Shown piece after piece: positions 63,612 to 64,000 of a stretch of DNA of 64,000 bases. Under the pieces are notes generated by a model. That model searched no databases and was not told the DNA's origin. It saw nothing but the letters and a program-made list of their open reading frames with translations. The stretch lies in contig NC_057760.1 in the NCBI RefSeq assembly GCF_004010195.1, forward strand, positions 1,802,776 through 1,866,775, written 5' to 3'. This stretch comes from Chiloscyllium plagiosum (lineage: Eukaryota). The stretch's first letter is position 1. Each line of letters opens with the position of its first letter. The translations under genes and the position numbers were made by a program.

Positions 63612-63984
63612 GTAAGTCAAATAAAACAAGAACAAAGCATTTAAGTATTGCAGTGTGGAGGGAGCTTTACTCCGTATCTAACCCCGTGCTGTCCCTGTCC
63701 TGGGAGTGTTTGATGGAGGCACAGTGTAGAGGGAGCTTTACTCCGTATCTAACCCCATGCTGTCCCTGTCCTGGGAGTGTTTGATGGGGGGGACAGTGTA
63801 GAGGCAGCTTTACTCCGTATCTAACCCCGTGCTGTCCCTGTCCTGGGAGTGTTTGATGGGGGGGACAGTGTAGAGGGAGCTTTACTCTGAATCTAACTCC
63901 CTGCTATCCCTGTCCTGGGAGTATTTGATGGGGATGTCAAAGCTGAGCATTTCTCTCAATTTAATCTGCATGTATTGATTTCAG

Positions 63985-64000
63985 CAGCAGGATAACAAGG
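63985..64000 (+). CDS. Start of probable repeat exon G (QQDNK…), truncated by the window
   Basis: Same ttgatttcAG acceptor after a minisatellite array. Tandem CAGCAGCAG acceptor, so the exact start is ambiguous. Confidence 0.6.

Overview
Eukaryotic, repeat-rich, gapped vertebrate DNA. It is most likely a shark, probably a carpet/bamboo shark; this is inferred from HE1-like V-SINEs, SacSINE/DeuSINE-like cores and CR1/HER1-like LINEs. Most ORF-track entries are decayed retroelement pieces (CR1, Rex1/Babar, Tx1, Penelope, Gypsy/LTR), translated tandem repeats or N-gap artefacts. Three host genes can be read by splicing. (1) The last three phase-compatible exons of an unidentified + strand gene, ending in a CaaX box (…WESKMCKVM*, 7671-11063). 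(2) The terminal coding exon and long 3'UTR of GATAD2B on the - strand (40398-40531). (3) The most interesting feature: an array of six complete phase-0 exons plus the start of a probable seventh on + (46837-64000), each encoding a 90-95-aa helical unit. By eye the unit matches the middle three-helix bundle of RNF112/neurolastin and atlastin GTPases, suggesting a dynamin-like GTPase with a serially amplified, mosaic stalk whose introns are filled with a 72-bp minisatellite. Several short Penelope-derived inserts carry minimal hammerhead ribozyme cores. All family assignments come from recalled motifs and need database confirmation.
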